Shown here one piece after another: positions 37,974-48,482 of a stretch of DNA of 64,000 nucleotides. The notes beneath the pieces are model-generated. The model was not told the DNA's origin, searched no databases, and saw only the letters and a list, made by a program, of their open reading frames with translations. Source of the stretch: Patescibacteria group bacterium (GTDB lineage Bacteria; Patescibacteriota; Patescibacteriia; JAXHNJ01); assembly GCA_034520665.1 (NCBI GenBank), contig JAXHNJ010000001.1:2579-66578 (forward strand), given 5' to 3'. Positions within the stretch are counted from its first letter, which is position 1. The number at the start of each line of letters is the position of its first letter. The translations under genes and the position numbers were made by a program.

Positions 37974-40900
37974 ATGCCCAAAATAATTCGTGAAAAACCA
38001 GTCTTTTTCTTAGTCCCGGCTTTCATCTTGATTCTCGGGGCTGTCTTTTTATTTACTCATGTTAGCCGTTCAGCCTCAGAATTTGAAAAAGAAGCCGGAC
38101 CGCCGGGGTATGATGATATTAATATTATGGATATAGCGGCCCATTTTAATCCGCATACCAGCCGTTACTACGCCTGGACCGTGGGTTATAAGCACTCACC
38201 TTATATTGAAGCGCAAATTTTTACTTATAATGGAGCTACTTATTCCTGGCAGGCTCAAAATTTAAAACCTTGCGGAAAGCTAAAAGCAGTGGATTTGTTT
38301 TATGATACAGATTATAACCACCAAGATGACAGTCAGGGCCGTAATGGCTACCGAGCCTGGGCTGTCGGAGAATATGGTTATATATTAAAGTATACTGACT
38401 GGGAAAGAGGGGATCCGAATGATGATTCAGATAATTATGAAGGCTGGGGCTATTTATGTGATACTAGTAAAAATGATTGCAATTCAGACGGGACAATTGG
38501 AGAAGGTTTTGATGGTTCTCAAAATATTTCTGAACTTGTGGGCAGTAATTTGACAGATGTTGATTTTATTAATAAAGATACGGGCTGGATAGTAGCCAGT
38601 GACGGTAAAATTTTTAAAACTACCAATGGCGGGTTAGAGTGGGAGGAGAAAGCTGATTATGACTGGAATATAAACGCTATTAGTATGCTGCCAGACGGCA
38701 GTGCGGGTCTTGTAGTAGGTTATGACTATATTAACAATCGTGGCTATTATGCTTTATATGACGGCAATAATTGGACACCAGACGATATTGGCAGTGATAT
38801 TCTCACGGATGTAGAATTTGTTGATTCAAATCACGCCTGGATAGCTATTAATGCCAATCAATATTATTATTATCATAATTTAAGTTTTAGCCCGCTGAAT
38901 ACCGGATTAGGATTAACCAGTCCGCCAATTATGAACTCAGTCACGGCTACTCTTGACGGAGACGGCCAGTATAACGTTTGGTTTGCCGGCGAGGACGGAA
39001 AAATAATTTTTTCCAAAGATAATACTAACTGGTATTTTCAAACTACTGAAGTGCCGACCACTCTTCATTCCATTGACGCGGTTAACCCGACTCATGTCTG
39101 GTCAGTCGGTAACGATAGCTTAATCATGAAAATATCACCGGGCAACGCGGCTGGCTGGGGCTGGGTCGGGGCTGATAATTGTGAAAGCGATGATACTTGC
39201 GACACGCCTAATCCGGCTGACACTTCAAGACAATACCCGGCCCAGTGGATTAGTTTTAATTGCGCTAACCAACAGGTTTGTGATGAAACCACTTTTTCCT
39301 ATGGAGTAAATATTAAAACCAAGGTTGATGATTGGGGAGATTGCACCGATACCAGGCAAGATAAGGACGTCGGAGCTTTGTCAGGCTATGCCTGGTTTGG
39401 CAAGTATGATCCTTATGAAAGGCTGGAAGATGTAAAATGTGATTATGAACCAGGAGATGGCAATACTTATTGCTCAAACAATCATCTAGTTATATGTAAT
39501 GGTGATATAACTCGATGTGATTGCGGTAATAACAAACAAAGCTGTTATTCATCAGGCTGGCTTTCTTTTGATCGGGATGACACTGGTGATCCGCCGGCTG
39601 AGCCTTACCAAAATCTGCCAGTAACTACTCCTTTTAACGATGATACCGCTTGTACTAATAAAATAATTGATGACGGCGACCCGGAAGATTATGTTTTAGC
39701 CACTTTTGATTATGAGACCTATGGACTAGACGGCTGGGCTCGGTTTAAACTGGGTCAGTGTAGCAATGATATTAGTCAGTCTTGTTTTAAAGACAGTGAG
39801 TGTGGCAGCGGCAATACTTGTGATTATAATGGCCAGGGCCGATGTCAAGATGATTGGAGCATTTTATGTATTAATAATAGCGATTGTCCAGCTAGCGATT
39901 GTCAGTACCCCCAGGGCTGGGTCAAATTTCGGGGTGTTGATAAAACTGGAGAGGCTAATAATTATACCCCCTGCCAGGCTTGTCTAACCCATGACCCGAA
40001 TAACGATGATGAAGATTTATCTGATGATGATGGAGATGAATATATGACTTGTAAAATATGTGAGGGAGTAAAAGATTCAGATACTAGTTATATGTGTAAT
40101 CAGTGTGGCCAGTCAGTGGATAAAGGTCCTTGTGATACTGGAACTTGGTTTTGTGAAGGAGATGGTTCAATAACTTGTACTACAGATGCTGATTGTATTA
40201 CTTATCCCATGCAATGTGGCAATGGACTTTGTTCTGGGGATACAAGTAAAGCTTGTTTGGTTGATAGTAATTATAATCACTGTGGTAGTGACGGAGTTTG
40301 TGTTGGTAATGGCTATTGTTCAGAAGGTAATGATGTGGGCCAACCCTGTCTTTATAACAGTGATTGTGAAGGTACCTCTACTTGTGAAAATGTAGTAAAA
40401 GGTACTTGTTCAAATGATGATACAAAAAAGTGTATTATCGATGGCGGTTGTGAAAATGGGGGGGTTTGTGAAAATTATTTACCCAGCCTCCAAAATTTTT
40501 GTTTTGAATGTAATAGCTGTAATTTATACGGAGTGTCTGTTGATATAGACGCGGGGGACTGGTATGGTCATGCTTATTCGGAAGATTTTGGCTGGATAGA
40601 TATGTCTAAAGTGGGTCAATACAATACGGCCTGGGTCAGAGCCGAATACGGTGATATATACTCCAGCGGTAATGTCGGCACGCCCCAAACGGCCAGAGCG
40701 CCGGGCTGGACCACAGCTGACCGAGACTGTAATGCCACCTATCTTATTTTAGCTGGTGGTAGTGTAACTAATTTTTGTTCAGAAGCAGATTTTAATAAAA
40801 AATATTCTATTTCAAATCCAGGCAATCCTTCTGATGCCAATCCTTATGTAGTAGAAGGGTATCGGGCTTTTAATAAACCAGAAGAAACCAGTCCGCATAG

Positions 40901-41522
40901 TCTTTTAGGTACTATAAAAGTGGATAAATTAATTGAAAAAAAAGATGTAGAATTACAACGTAATGGTATCGAGGACCCATTATCCAGAGTCTCATCTAAT
41001 CAATTATTTGATGAAACTAATAGCGGAGATTTAGGCGGAAAAATCTATTATGTTAATGATAATTTATGGTTTTATGATTTACCATATTGGCAAACTTATT
41101 TATATAATGGAGAAAGTAACAGTTCTGGTTTAATTATTGTAGAAGGAGATTTATTTATTGATTCTGATATTTATTATGATGATAGTGACGTTGATAAAAT
41201 TAATAAATTACCTTCAGTTGGCTTTTATGTTAAAGGCAATATTCATATTGGCAAAGAGGTGGAAAATATTGTCGGTGCTTATTATACTGAAGGCAATGTC
41301 TATGTAAGCTCTACTGGGAGTGCTAATACAGACAAGAAATTAACAGTTAAAGGCTTAATGATCGCCAGTGGCTATAGTTTTAAGAGAAGATTCAAAGGCA
41401 CTATGAATAATCCCCAGCCGGCTGAAGTGATCAGTTATGACGGCCGAATTCAGCTTAACCCGCCGCCGGGCTTTCGTGATTTAGTCCAGTCTTTGCCCAA
41501 AATGAGGCCAGCTACCCCTTAA
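37974..41522 (+). CDS. Large secreted protein (YCF48-like propeller plus Cys-rich modules), candidate pilus-associated adhesin
   Basis: LTDVDFINKDTGWIV..GKIFKTTNGG repeats, many Cys motifs, directly upstream of pilM. Confidence 0.75.
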   Translation: MPKIIREKPVFFLVPAFILILGAVFLFTHVSRSASEFEKEAGPPGYDDINIMDIAAHFNPHTSRYYAWTVGYKHSPYIEAQIFTYNGATYSWQAQNLKPCGKLKAVDLFYDTDYNHQDDSQGRNGYRAWAVGEYGYILKYTDWERGDPNDDSDNYEGWGYLCDTSKNDCNSDGTIGEGFDGSQNISELVGSNLTDVDFINKDTGWIVASDGKIFKTTNGGLEWEEKADYDWNINAISMLPDGSAGLVVGYDYINNRGYYALYDGNNWTPDDIGSDILTDVEFVDSNHAWIAINANQYYYYHNLSFSPLNTGLGLTSPPIMNSVTATLDGDGQYNVWFAGEDGKIIFSKDNTNWYFQTTEVPTTLHSIDAVNPTHVWSVGNDSLIMKISPGNAAGWGWVGADNCESDDTCDTPNPADTSRQYPAQWISFNCANQQVCDETTFSYGVNIKTKVDDWGDCTDTRQDKDVGALSGYAWFGKYDPYERLEDVKCDYEPGDGNTYCSNNHLVICNGDITRCDCGNNKQSCYSSGWLSFDRDDTGDPPAEPYQNLPVTTPFNDDTACTNKIIDDGDPEDYVLATFDYETYGLDGWARFKLGQCSNDISQSCFKDSECGSGNTCDYNGQGRCQDDWSILCINNSDCPASDCQYPQGWVKFRGVDKTGEANNYTPCQACLTHDPNNDDEDLSDDDGDEYMTCKICEGVKDSDTSYMCNQCGQSVDKGPCDTGTWFCEGDGSITCTTDADCITYPMQCGNGLCSGDTSKACLVDSNYNHCGSDGVCVGNGYCSEGNDVGQPCLYNSDCEGTSTCENVVKGTCSNDDTKKCIIDGGCENGGVCENYLPSLQNFCFECNSCNLYGVSVDIDAGDWYGHAYSEDFGWIDMSKVGQYNTAWVRAEYGDIYSSGNVGTPQTARAPGWTTADRDCNATYLILAGGSVTNFCSEADFNKKYSISNPGNPSDANPYVVEGYRAFNKPEETSPHSLLGTIKVDKLIEKKDVELQRNGIEDPLSRVSSNQLFDETNSGDLGGKIYYVNDNLWFYDLPYWQTYLYNGESNSSGLIIVEGDLFIDSDIYYDDSDVDKINKLPSVGFYVKGNIHIGKEVENIVGAYYTEGNVYVSSTGSANTDKKLTVKGLMIASGYSFKRRFKGTMNNPQPAEVISYDGRIQLNPPPGFRDLVQSLPKMRPATP

Positions 41523-41598
41523 TAAAAAACTTTTCTAATTATAAAAAATCTGTTATAATATAAAGGTAATTTAAAGAAATTAAGAATAAAACATCAAT

Positions 41599-42699
41599 AT
41601 GGGTCTTTTTTCCCGAAAAAAAAATTATTTAGGCGTTGATTTAGGCACTTCTTCAGTTAAAGTAGTGGAATTGGGCTTTGAATCAGGGGCCCCTAAATTA
41701 GTTACTTATGGTTTTATTGAAGAATCAACAAAAATTGTTAAAAGTGACTCTTCTGAGCAAAAAAAGAAAATTTCCTTATTAATAAAAAATTTACTGAAAA
41801 AAACCGGGGCCACCACTGATCAGGTTGTAGCGGCTTTGCCTAGTTTTAGCGTTTTTAGCTCTATTATATCTTTACCAGCTATGTCGGAAAAAGACCTTAA
41901 TTCGGCGGTACGCTGGGAAGCTAAAAAATTTGTACCCATGCCTTTGGAAGAGATGGTTTTAGACTGGCGTTTGGTTGAAGAAGAGAAAAAGAAAGAAAAG
42001 TCTAATGATGAAGATAAAAAAAAGAAAAAGGATAAAAAAATCAGTGATTATAAAATATTATTGACAGCCGCCCCTAAAAATTTAGCCAAAAAATACATTG
42101 ATATTTTTAAATCTTTAAATTTACAAATTGTCAGTTTAGAAACAGAATCTTTTGCTTTACAGAGATCCTTGATTGGTGATGATCCCTCGCCGGTTATGAT
42201 TGTGGATATAGGGGCTTTAGCCACTGACATTAGTGTAATAAAGAATGGCATTCCCATTTTAAATCGGGGTGTTGATGTCGGTGGCGATACTATCACTAAA
42301 TCAATTGCTAACGCTCTAAATATTGATTCTGAAAGAGCCGAGCAGTTTAAAAGAGATTTTGGTATTTCTAGTGGTCTAAGTCAAAATAATAATAGCCATC
42401 AAAATAAAATACCAAAGACTATAGAATTTGTTTTATCATCAGTGATCAATGAAATAAAACATGTTTTTAATCTTTATAAAAATATTGAAGATCTGCCGGT
42501 AGAGAAAATTGTACTTTCAGGCGGCTCGGCTTTTTTACCAAATTTTACCGAATATTTATCTAAATTATTTGATACCAAAGTAATTATTGGCAATCCCTGG
42601 TCTAGGGTGAGCTATCCTAAAGAATTAGAGCCGGCTTTAATGGAAATTGGTCCCCGTTTTTCAGTGGCCATAGGACTGGCTTTAAGAGAATTGATTTAA
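41599..42699 (+). CDS. pilM: Type IV pilus assembly protein PilM
   Basis: LGVDLGTSSVKVVEL, VDIGA, LSGGSA and AIGLALR motifs. Confidence 0.95.
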   Translation: MGLFSRKKNYLGVDLGTSSVKVVELGFESGAPKLVTYGFIEESTKIVKSDSSEQKKKISLLIKNLLKKTGATTDQVVAALPSFSVFSSIISLPAMSEKDLNSAVRWEAKKFVPMPLEEMVLDWRLVEEEKKKEKSNDEDKKKKKDKKISDYKILLTAAPKNLAKKYIDIFKSLNLQIVSLETESFALQRSLIGDDPSPVMIVDIGALATDISVIKNGIPILNRGVDVGGDTITKSIANALNIDSERAEQFKRDFGISSGLSQNNNSHQNKIPKTIEFVLSSVINEIKHVFNLYKNIEDLPVEKIVLSGGSAFLPNFTEYLSKLFDTKVIIGNPWSRVSYPKELEPALMEIGPRFSVAIGLALRELI

Positions 42700-42707
42700 C
42701 AAAAAAA

Positions 42708-44219
42708 ATGCCTGATATAAATCTATTGAAAGACACTACCAGTGTAGAAAAGGATAATAAAAAATCCAAATCTTCGGATACTTCAGAAAAATCTGAAGTC
42801 AGTATGAAAAGGCCGAAAACTGATAAGCCAGGATTTTTTAAAAGAATTTTTTCTAAGAAGAATAAGCCAGATAAACAAATAAAAAAATATAATAAAGATT
42901 CAAGTTTTAAAAAGAATAAAAAATCAGAAAAGAAAGAAAAAAAGAAAGAAGAGAATAAATTAAAAGAAGCTTTTACTAGTAAGCCTGATAAAAAAGAAAA
43001 AGAAAAGCCTAAAAAAATTGAATATAAAAAAGCTGAGGAGCCAAAAGAAAAAAGCGCTGGTGGTTTTAGTAGTGTTTTTTCGGAAAAAAAAGCAGAAAAA
43101 AATGATATTAATAAAAAAGATTCTTTTAAGAGTAAAGATTTTTCAGATAATGAGAAGGTAGAGGATATTTTTTCTTCTACTGAAGAAGAAAAAGAAACGA
43201 AAAAACCCAAGCCAAAATTAATGACTGATAAAAAAACCTTGTCTTCTCAAAAGAAAAAAGAAAAACAAAAAGTAAAAAAAGAAGAAAAGGAAAAAAAGGA
43301 AAAAGAGGAGGGCCATAAAGATTCTTTTTTGGTTAATCTTATGCCGGAGGAAATTGCCAGTCATGAGAAACCAAAAAAGAAATTAATAAACCTGGCTTTA
43401 ATAGCTCTAACAGCTCTCGTATTGGTTGGTTTAGTCTATGCCGGCTTAGTTTTTTATCAAACTAGAATTGTAACAGAAATCCAGGATGTTAAAGCACAAA
43501 GAATAGAATTAGATAGGAGAATTAGAGAGTTAAAAGATGATCAAGAGAAATCAATTGAGTTTAAGCAAAATTTACAAGCTGTTAAAAGTGTTTTAAACAC
43601 CCATGTTTATTGGTCTAAATTTTTTGAAAAACTGGAAAAATATACCATAAAAGATGTTTACTATACTGGGGCTTTTAATGCTTCTACCGAAGGGAGTTTG
43701 ACTCTTTCGGCCATAGCAGCTGATTATACTTCAGTAGCGGAACAGCTCCTGGTTTTTCAGAATGCCGAAGATTTTTTATCAAATGTCAGTATTACTGGAG
43801 CTAGTAAATCTTCTCCGGAAATTCAAAGTTCTAATTTGGGAGAAACTGTATCAAAGGTTAGTTTTTCAGTCACTTTAGAAATTCTACCCACAATATTTTA
43901 TAAAATGGAAGAAGAGGATACTCAAGAGTCTCAATCTGAAAACATTAATTTAAATACTAATACTAACACTAGTACTAATACCAACAATAATAACTATAAT
44001 ATTAGTATTATTGATTTAAACTCCAATATCAATTCAAATTCTAATTCCAATACTAATATTAATTATGGTTATGATAACTTAAATACTAATACCAACACAA
44101 ACTTAATTAATAACAATACAAATAATAATATAAATTCTAATTCTAATTCTAATAATTCTTCTTTGAATGTTAATTATAATAGTAGTAATACCAATAGTGA
44201 TATATTAAATATTGAGTAA
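42708..44219 (+). CDS. pilN: PilN-like protein with Lys-rich N-extension and Asn-rich tail
   Basis: VNLMP motif before the TM helix, coiled coil, position between pilM and pilO. Confidence 0.7.
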   Translation: MPDINLLKDTTSVEKDNKKSKSSDTSEKSEVSMKRPKTDKPGFFKRIFSKKNKPDKQIKKYNKDSSFKKNKKSEKKEKKKEENKLKEAFTSKPDKKEKEKPKKIEYKKAEEPKEKSAGGFSSVFSEKKAEKNDINKKDSFKSKDFSDNEKVEDIFSSTEEEKETKKPKPKLMTDKKTLSSQKKKEKQKVKKEEKEKKEKEEGHKDSFLVNLMPEEIASHEKPKKKLINLALIALTALVLVGLVYAGLVFYQTRIVTEIQDVKAQRIELDRRIRELKDDQEKSIEFKQNLQAVKSVLNTHVYWSKFFEKLEKYTIKDVYYTGAFNASTEGSLTLSAIAADYTSVAEQLLVFQNAEDFLSNVSITGASKSSPEIQSSNLGETVSKVSFSVTLEILPTIFYKMEEEDTQESQSENINLNTNTNTSTNTNNNNYNISIIDLNSNINSNSNSNTNINYGYDNLNTNTNTNLINNNTNNNINSNSNSNNSSLNVNYNSSNTNSDILNIE

Positions 44220-44222
44220 ATT

Positions 44223-44906
44223 ATGAAAATAAATTTTTCAAAAATTGTAAACCTGATGCGGAGTCTGTTTTTAAGGTATTTTAAAATATTAGCCATTGTT
44301 TTAGCTGTTTTGATTTTAGTTCTCGGATTTTTATTTATCGTTAAACCAAAATGGAATGAAGTTAAGGAAACAGGAATATTTGACCTTAATGCTGAAAAAG
44401 AAAAAAAGGAAGACAATGAACTGTATTTATCTAGATTGAAAGAATCTTTGGATAAATTTAAAGAGATAAATCAGAAAGATATTGATTCTTTAAGTCAGAT
44501 AATACCAAGTAAAAAAGAAATTCCCGAGCTTTTTATAATTTTAGAGGATTTAGTGAGTCATTCAGCTTTGAGTCTGGATTCTATAACTTTTTCTGAAGGC
44601 AGTGTCTTGAGTCAAGAAAATGATTCTTTAAGTGATAACCTTGATGAATTACCGGCGGCGCAAGCCAAGGTTATTAAAAATACCTCAGTGAGTAAAAATA
44701 TTAATATACTTAATATTTCTTTGAGTATCAGCGGTGGACGTAATTATAATGATTTAAAGACTCTTCTTAATGATATTGAAGAAGAACAGAGAATAATGGA
44801 TATTTCAAGTTTAAGTTTTAATCCGCAAAGTCAGAGTAGTATTGATGCCGGCATGAATTTTGGTTTGAATTTAAAAACTTATTATATAGAGAGAGATAAT
44901 GATTAA
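44223..44906 (+). CDS. pilO: PilO-like protein
   Basis: TM helix, IPSKKEIPEL, YNDLKTLLNDIE..RIMDI and operon position. Confidence 0.8.
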   Translation: MKINFSKIVNLMRSLFLRYFKILAIVLAVLILVLGFLFIVKPKWNEVKETGIFDLNAEKEKKEDNELYLSRLKESLDKFKEINQKDIDSLSQIIPSKKEIPELFIILEDLVSHSALSLDSITFSEGSVLSQENDSLSDNLDELPAAQAKVIKNTSVSKNINILNISLSISGGRNYNDLKTLLNDIEEEQRIMDISSLSFNPQSQSSIDAGMNFGLNLKTYYIERDND

Positions 44907-44912
44907 AATAAT

Positions 44913-45203
44913 ATGGTCTTAGTAAGAAAAAGAAATTATAAAAAAATAGCTGTCTACAGCGTTATTTTAGTTATTGTAATAATTTTAGGCGGTTATATGG
45001 TTTATAATTCCATGAGTGAAAATGGCGGTAGTAAAGTAATAGATGTTAGTTCAGAGCATAATCGGCCTATTATTAGTGATTATGAAAAAGATTTTCTTGA
45101 AAAAGAAGATTATAAAAATTTAATTGAATTTGGTAAAAATAAGTTACCATTGGATTTAGAAAACATTAGGACAAAGCGTAATAATCCTTTTAATCCTATT
45201 TAG
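44913..45203 (+). CDS. Small membrane protein (PilP-position, RxNPF motif)
   Basis: 96 aa, TM helix and C-terminal RNNPF. Confidence 0.65.
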   Translation: MVLVRKRNYKKIAVYSVILVIVIILGGYMVYNSMSENGGSKVIDVSSEHNRPIISDYEKDFLEKEDYKNLIEFGKNKLPLDLENIRTKRNNPFNPI

Positions 45204-45206
45204 ATT

Positions 45207-46982
45207 ATGGCTTTAAAAAAAGATGTAAAAAATAAAGGGATAGAAGGAGATAACGAGCTCCTTGATATTTTATTAAAAGAGAAAAAAATAAAGCGTACAC
45301 AGTACGAGGAAATTAAAAAAGAAGCTAAAGAAAAAAACACCACGCCTGAGAAACTGTTAGAAGATAAAAAAATTGTCAGGGAAGATGATTTATCAAAAGC
45401 AAAATCAAAGGTTTACAATCTGCCTTATATAGATCTTTTCGGTCGGATGGTTCGAGCCGATGTTTTAAATATTATACCGCAAGAACTGGCTCAAAATTAC
45501 AAAGTAGTAGCCTTTAATAAATCAGGTCAGGAAGTTAGTTTAGCTATGACGGATCCTTCCAATTATAAAGCCCTCCAAGCTATTGAATTTTTGGCTCGTA
45601 AAAATAATTTTAAAATAAAATATTATTTAACTTCTATTTCTTCTTTGAAATACGTACTTCGCCAGTATGAAAGCTTATCAACTGAAGTAGAGGAAGCTTT
45701 AAAAGGAGCCGAAGCTGAAAGTAGACCTAAAGAAGAAATATCCTTAGCCGAAGGCCGTGAAGATTTAGAAGAAGTGGTGAAAACAGCGCCAGTTTCAAAA
45801 ATGGTTTCGGTTATTATGCGTCATGCGGTTGAAGGTAAGGCCTCTGATGTACACATTGAACCGGTGGGTAATGAGACGAGAGTACGTTACCGTATTGATG
45901 GTGTTTTACATACTTCTCTAGTATTGCCAAAACGAGTACACTCTTCTTTAATTGCTCGTATTAAAGTGGTTTCAAATTTAAAGATTGATGAAACTCGCGT
46001 ACCCCAGGATGGGCGTTTTAGAATGACTATAGAAGAGCGTAATATAGATTACCGTGTTTCTACCTTACCTTTAATAGACGCGGAAAAAGTAGTGATGCGT
46101 ATTTTGGATACGGCTTCAGCTACTTTAGACTTAGAGGATTTGGGATTTTGGGGTCAGTCTTTAGATATTATGAAAAAGAATATTGATAAATCTCACGGTA
46201 TGTTCCTTATTACCGGTCCTACTGGTAGCGGTAAATCAACCACTTTATACGCTTTATTAAGTATTTTAAATGAAGAATCTGTTAATATTATTACCCTGGA
46301 AGATCCGGTTGAGTATTATATGCAGGGTATTAACCAATCTCAAATTAATACTGAGGTGGGCCTGACTTTTGCGGCGGGTTTAAGATCTATTTTACGGCAA
46401 GACCCTGATATTATTATGGTTGGTGAGGTGCGTGATACGGAAACAGCTGAGTTAGCGGTGCATGCGGCTTTAACTGGTCATATTGTACTTTCTACTTTGC
46501 ATACTAATGATGCTATTGGAGCTATACCCAGATTAATTGATATGAAAATAGAACCTTTTTTGCTTACTTCTTCGGTTAATCTGGTTATGGCCCAGCGTCT
46601 GGTCAGAAAGATTTGTCCGCATTGCAAAGAAGAATTTAAGTTGCCAGAAATTTTGGAAAAGCAGGCTTGGGAAGAGCTGGAAAAAATTGATAAAGAACAT
46701 TTACCGGATAATATTAAGTTAACTAAACCCTTAAAAATGTACCGCGGTAAAGGCTGTGCTCGCTGTGATAATACTGGCTACAAAGGCCGGATTGCTATTT
46801 GTGAAGTAATGGAAATTAACGCTAAAATGAAAGAAGTAATTCTGAGCAGTGGAGATATACAAGAAAAAACTTTAGAAGAATTTTTAAACCAGGGTAATTT
46901 TCTTATGAGACAGGACGGCATTATTAAGGCCTTACACGGAAAAACTACTATTGAAGAGGTTTGGGATGCTACGCGCGCTTAA
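45207..46982 (+). CDS. pilB: Type IV pilus extension ATPase PilB/GspE
   Basis: GPTGSGKSTT, LRQDPDIIMVGE, STLHTN and CPHC/CARC zinc motif. Confidence 0.95.
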   Translation: MALKKDVKNKGIEGDNELLDILLKEKKIKRTQYEEIKKEAKEKNTTPEKLLEDKKIVREDDLSKAKSKVYNLPYIDLFGRMVRADVLNIIPQELAQNYKVVAFNKSGQEVSLAMTDPSNYKALQAIEFLARKNNFKIKYYLTSISSLKYVLRQYESLSTEVEEALKGAEAESRPKEEISLAEGREDLEEVVKTAPVSKMVSVIMRHAVEGKASDVHIEPVGNETRVRYRIDGVLHTSLVLPKRVHSSLIARIKVVSNLKIDETRVPQDGRFRMTIEERNIDYRVSTLPLIDAEKVVMRILDTASATLDLEDLGFWGQSLDIMKKNIDKSHGMFLITGPTGSGKSTTLYALLSILNEESVNIITLEDPVEYYMQGINQSQINTEVGLTFAAGLRSILRQDPDIIMVGEVRDTETAELAVHAALTGHIVLSTLHTNDAIGAIPRLIDMKIEPFLLTSSVNLVMAQRLVRKICPHCKEEFKLPEILEKQAWEELEKIDKEHLPDNIKLTKPLKMYRGKGCARCDNTGYKGRIAICEVMEINAKMKEVILSSGDIQEKTLEEFLNQGNFLMRQDGIIKALHGKTTIEEVWDATRA

Positions 46983-47003
46983 ATACTATTAATTTATAAA
47001 TAT

Positions 47004-47399
47004 ATGACTAAAAAAGATAAGGCAAAAAAGCAAAAAATATTATTAGTGGAAGATGATACTTTTCTTTCTGGGATGTATGTTTCCAAACTTGATATAGAGG
47101 GTTTTGAGACGGTTCTGGCCTCAGAAGGTAAGCAAGGTTTGAAAATGGTAAAACAAGAAAATCCAGATCTTATTTTATTGGATATAATTTTGCCAAAAAT
47201 GGACGGTTTTGAAATTTTAAAAGAAATAAGAAAAGATAAAAAAACTAAAGATATTCCGGTTATTCTTTTAACTAATTTAGGTCAAAAAAAAGACGTAGAC
47301 AAGGCTTTTAATCTGGGAGCGGTTGATTACTTAATCAAAGCCCATTTTATGCCTTCAGAGGTAGTGGAAAAAATTAAAAAAACTTTAAGGAAAGAATAA
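47004..47399 (+). CDS. Single-domain response regulator
   Basis: LVEDD, PDLILLDIILPKMDG, LLTN and YLIK motifs. Confidence 0.92.
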   Translation: MTKKDKAKKQKILLVEDDTFLSGMYVSKLDIEGFETVLASEGKQGLKMVKQENPDLILLDIILPKMDGFEILKEIRKDKKTKDIPVILLTNLGQKKDVDKAFNLGAVDYLIKAHFMPSEVVEKIKKTLRKE

Positions 47400-47400
47400 T

Positions 47401-48474
47401 ATGCCCACCGGAGAAAAGATAATTTTAGATAAAATATTATCTACTGGCGCTGAATATAATGCCAGTGATTTTCATTTAACTGTCGGCAATCCACCTATCT
47501 TGCGGGTAGATGGCAAGTTAGTGCCTTTGACTGATCAGCCAGTAATTAATCCGGATTTTATGAAAGACATGGTAAATAATATTTTAAATGATAAGCAAAA
47601 AAATAAATTAGAAAAGGAAAAAGAAATTGTTTTGGCTCATACCATGTCCAATAAATCAAGATTTAAAATTAGTATTTTTTATCAAAAAGGTTATTTGGCC
47701 GCTTCTTTGCGCCTGATTGATAAAAAAATTAAAAATTTGGATGAATTAGGCTTACCCGGAGTGATTAAAAAATTTACTGAGATTGAAAAAGGATTAGTTA
47801 TTATAAGCGGTCCTTTTGGTTCCGGGCGAACCTCAACTATCTCGGCTATTATTAATGAAATCAATAAAAATAGAGCTGATCATATTATTACTATTGAAAA
47901 ACCAATAGAGCATATTTATATCAATAACAAGTCAATAATTGAACAGAGAGAAGTAGGCCGGGATACTAAGTCATTTACCCAGGCTTTGAATACAGCCTCA
48001 CATGAAGACGTGGATGTGATTTATGTTTCAGAGGTTGAAAAGCTGGAAGTGGCTGAAGCTATGTTAAATGCCGCTGAATCCTCTCGCTTAGTTATTTGCT
48101 CTATGAATACTGATTCAGTTTTACGGACTATTGAAAAAATTATTTCTTTTTTCCCCGAAGACAGAGAAGAACAAATAAGAAATCAATTTGCCGGTGTTTT
48201 GTCAGGTATAGTTTCACAAAGGCTGCTGCCCCGGGTGGGCGGCGGACGTATTGCTGTGGCGGAAGTTATGATCCCTAATGATGCGGTACGATCAGTTATT
48301 CGTGAGGGAGCTATTTATCAAATCAATAATGTTCTCCAGACTTCCAGAGATGAAGGTATGATTTCTCTTGATAAATCTTTATCCGAGTTAACAAAAACCG
48401 GTGAAATACTAAGAGAAGACGCTTTAACTAATGCTAATGATAAGCAAAATATTAAATCAATGATAAAACGTTAA
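47401..48474 (+). CDS. pilT: PilT/PilU-like protein with degenerate ATPase motifs
   Basis: ASDFHLTVGNPP, IEQREVG and SQRLLP motifs, but Walker A reads GPFGSGRTS. Confidence 0.85.
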   Translation: MPTGEKIILDKILSTGAEYNASDFHLTVGNPPILRVDGKLVPLTDQPVINPDFMKDMVNNILNDKQKNKLEKEKEIVLAHTMSNKSRFKISIFYQKGYLAASLRLIDKKIKNLDELGLPGVIKKFTEIEKGLVIISGPFGSGRTSTISAIINEINKNRADHIITIEKPIEHIYINNKSIIEQREVGRDTKSFTQALNTASHEDVDVIYVSEVEKLEVAEAMLNAAESSRLVICSMNTDSVLRTIEKIISFFPEDREEQIRNQFAGVLSGIVSQRLLPRVGGGRIAVAEVMIPNDAVRSVIREGAIYQINNVLQTSRDEGMISLDKSLSELTKTGEILREDALTNANDKQNIKSMIKR

Positions 48475-48482
48475 GATAAATT

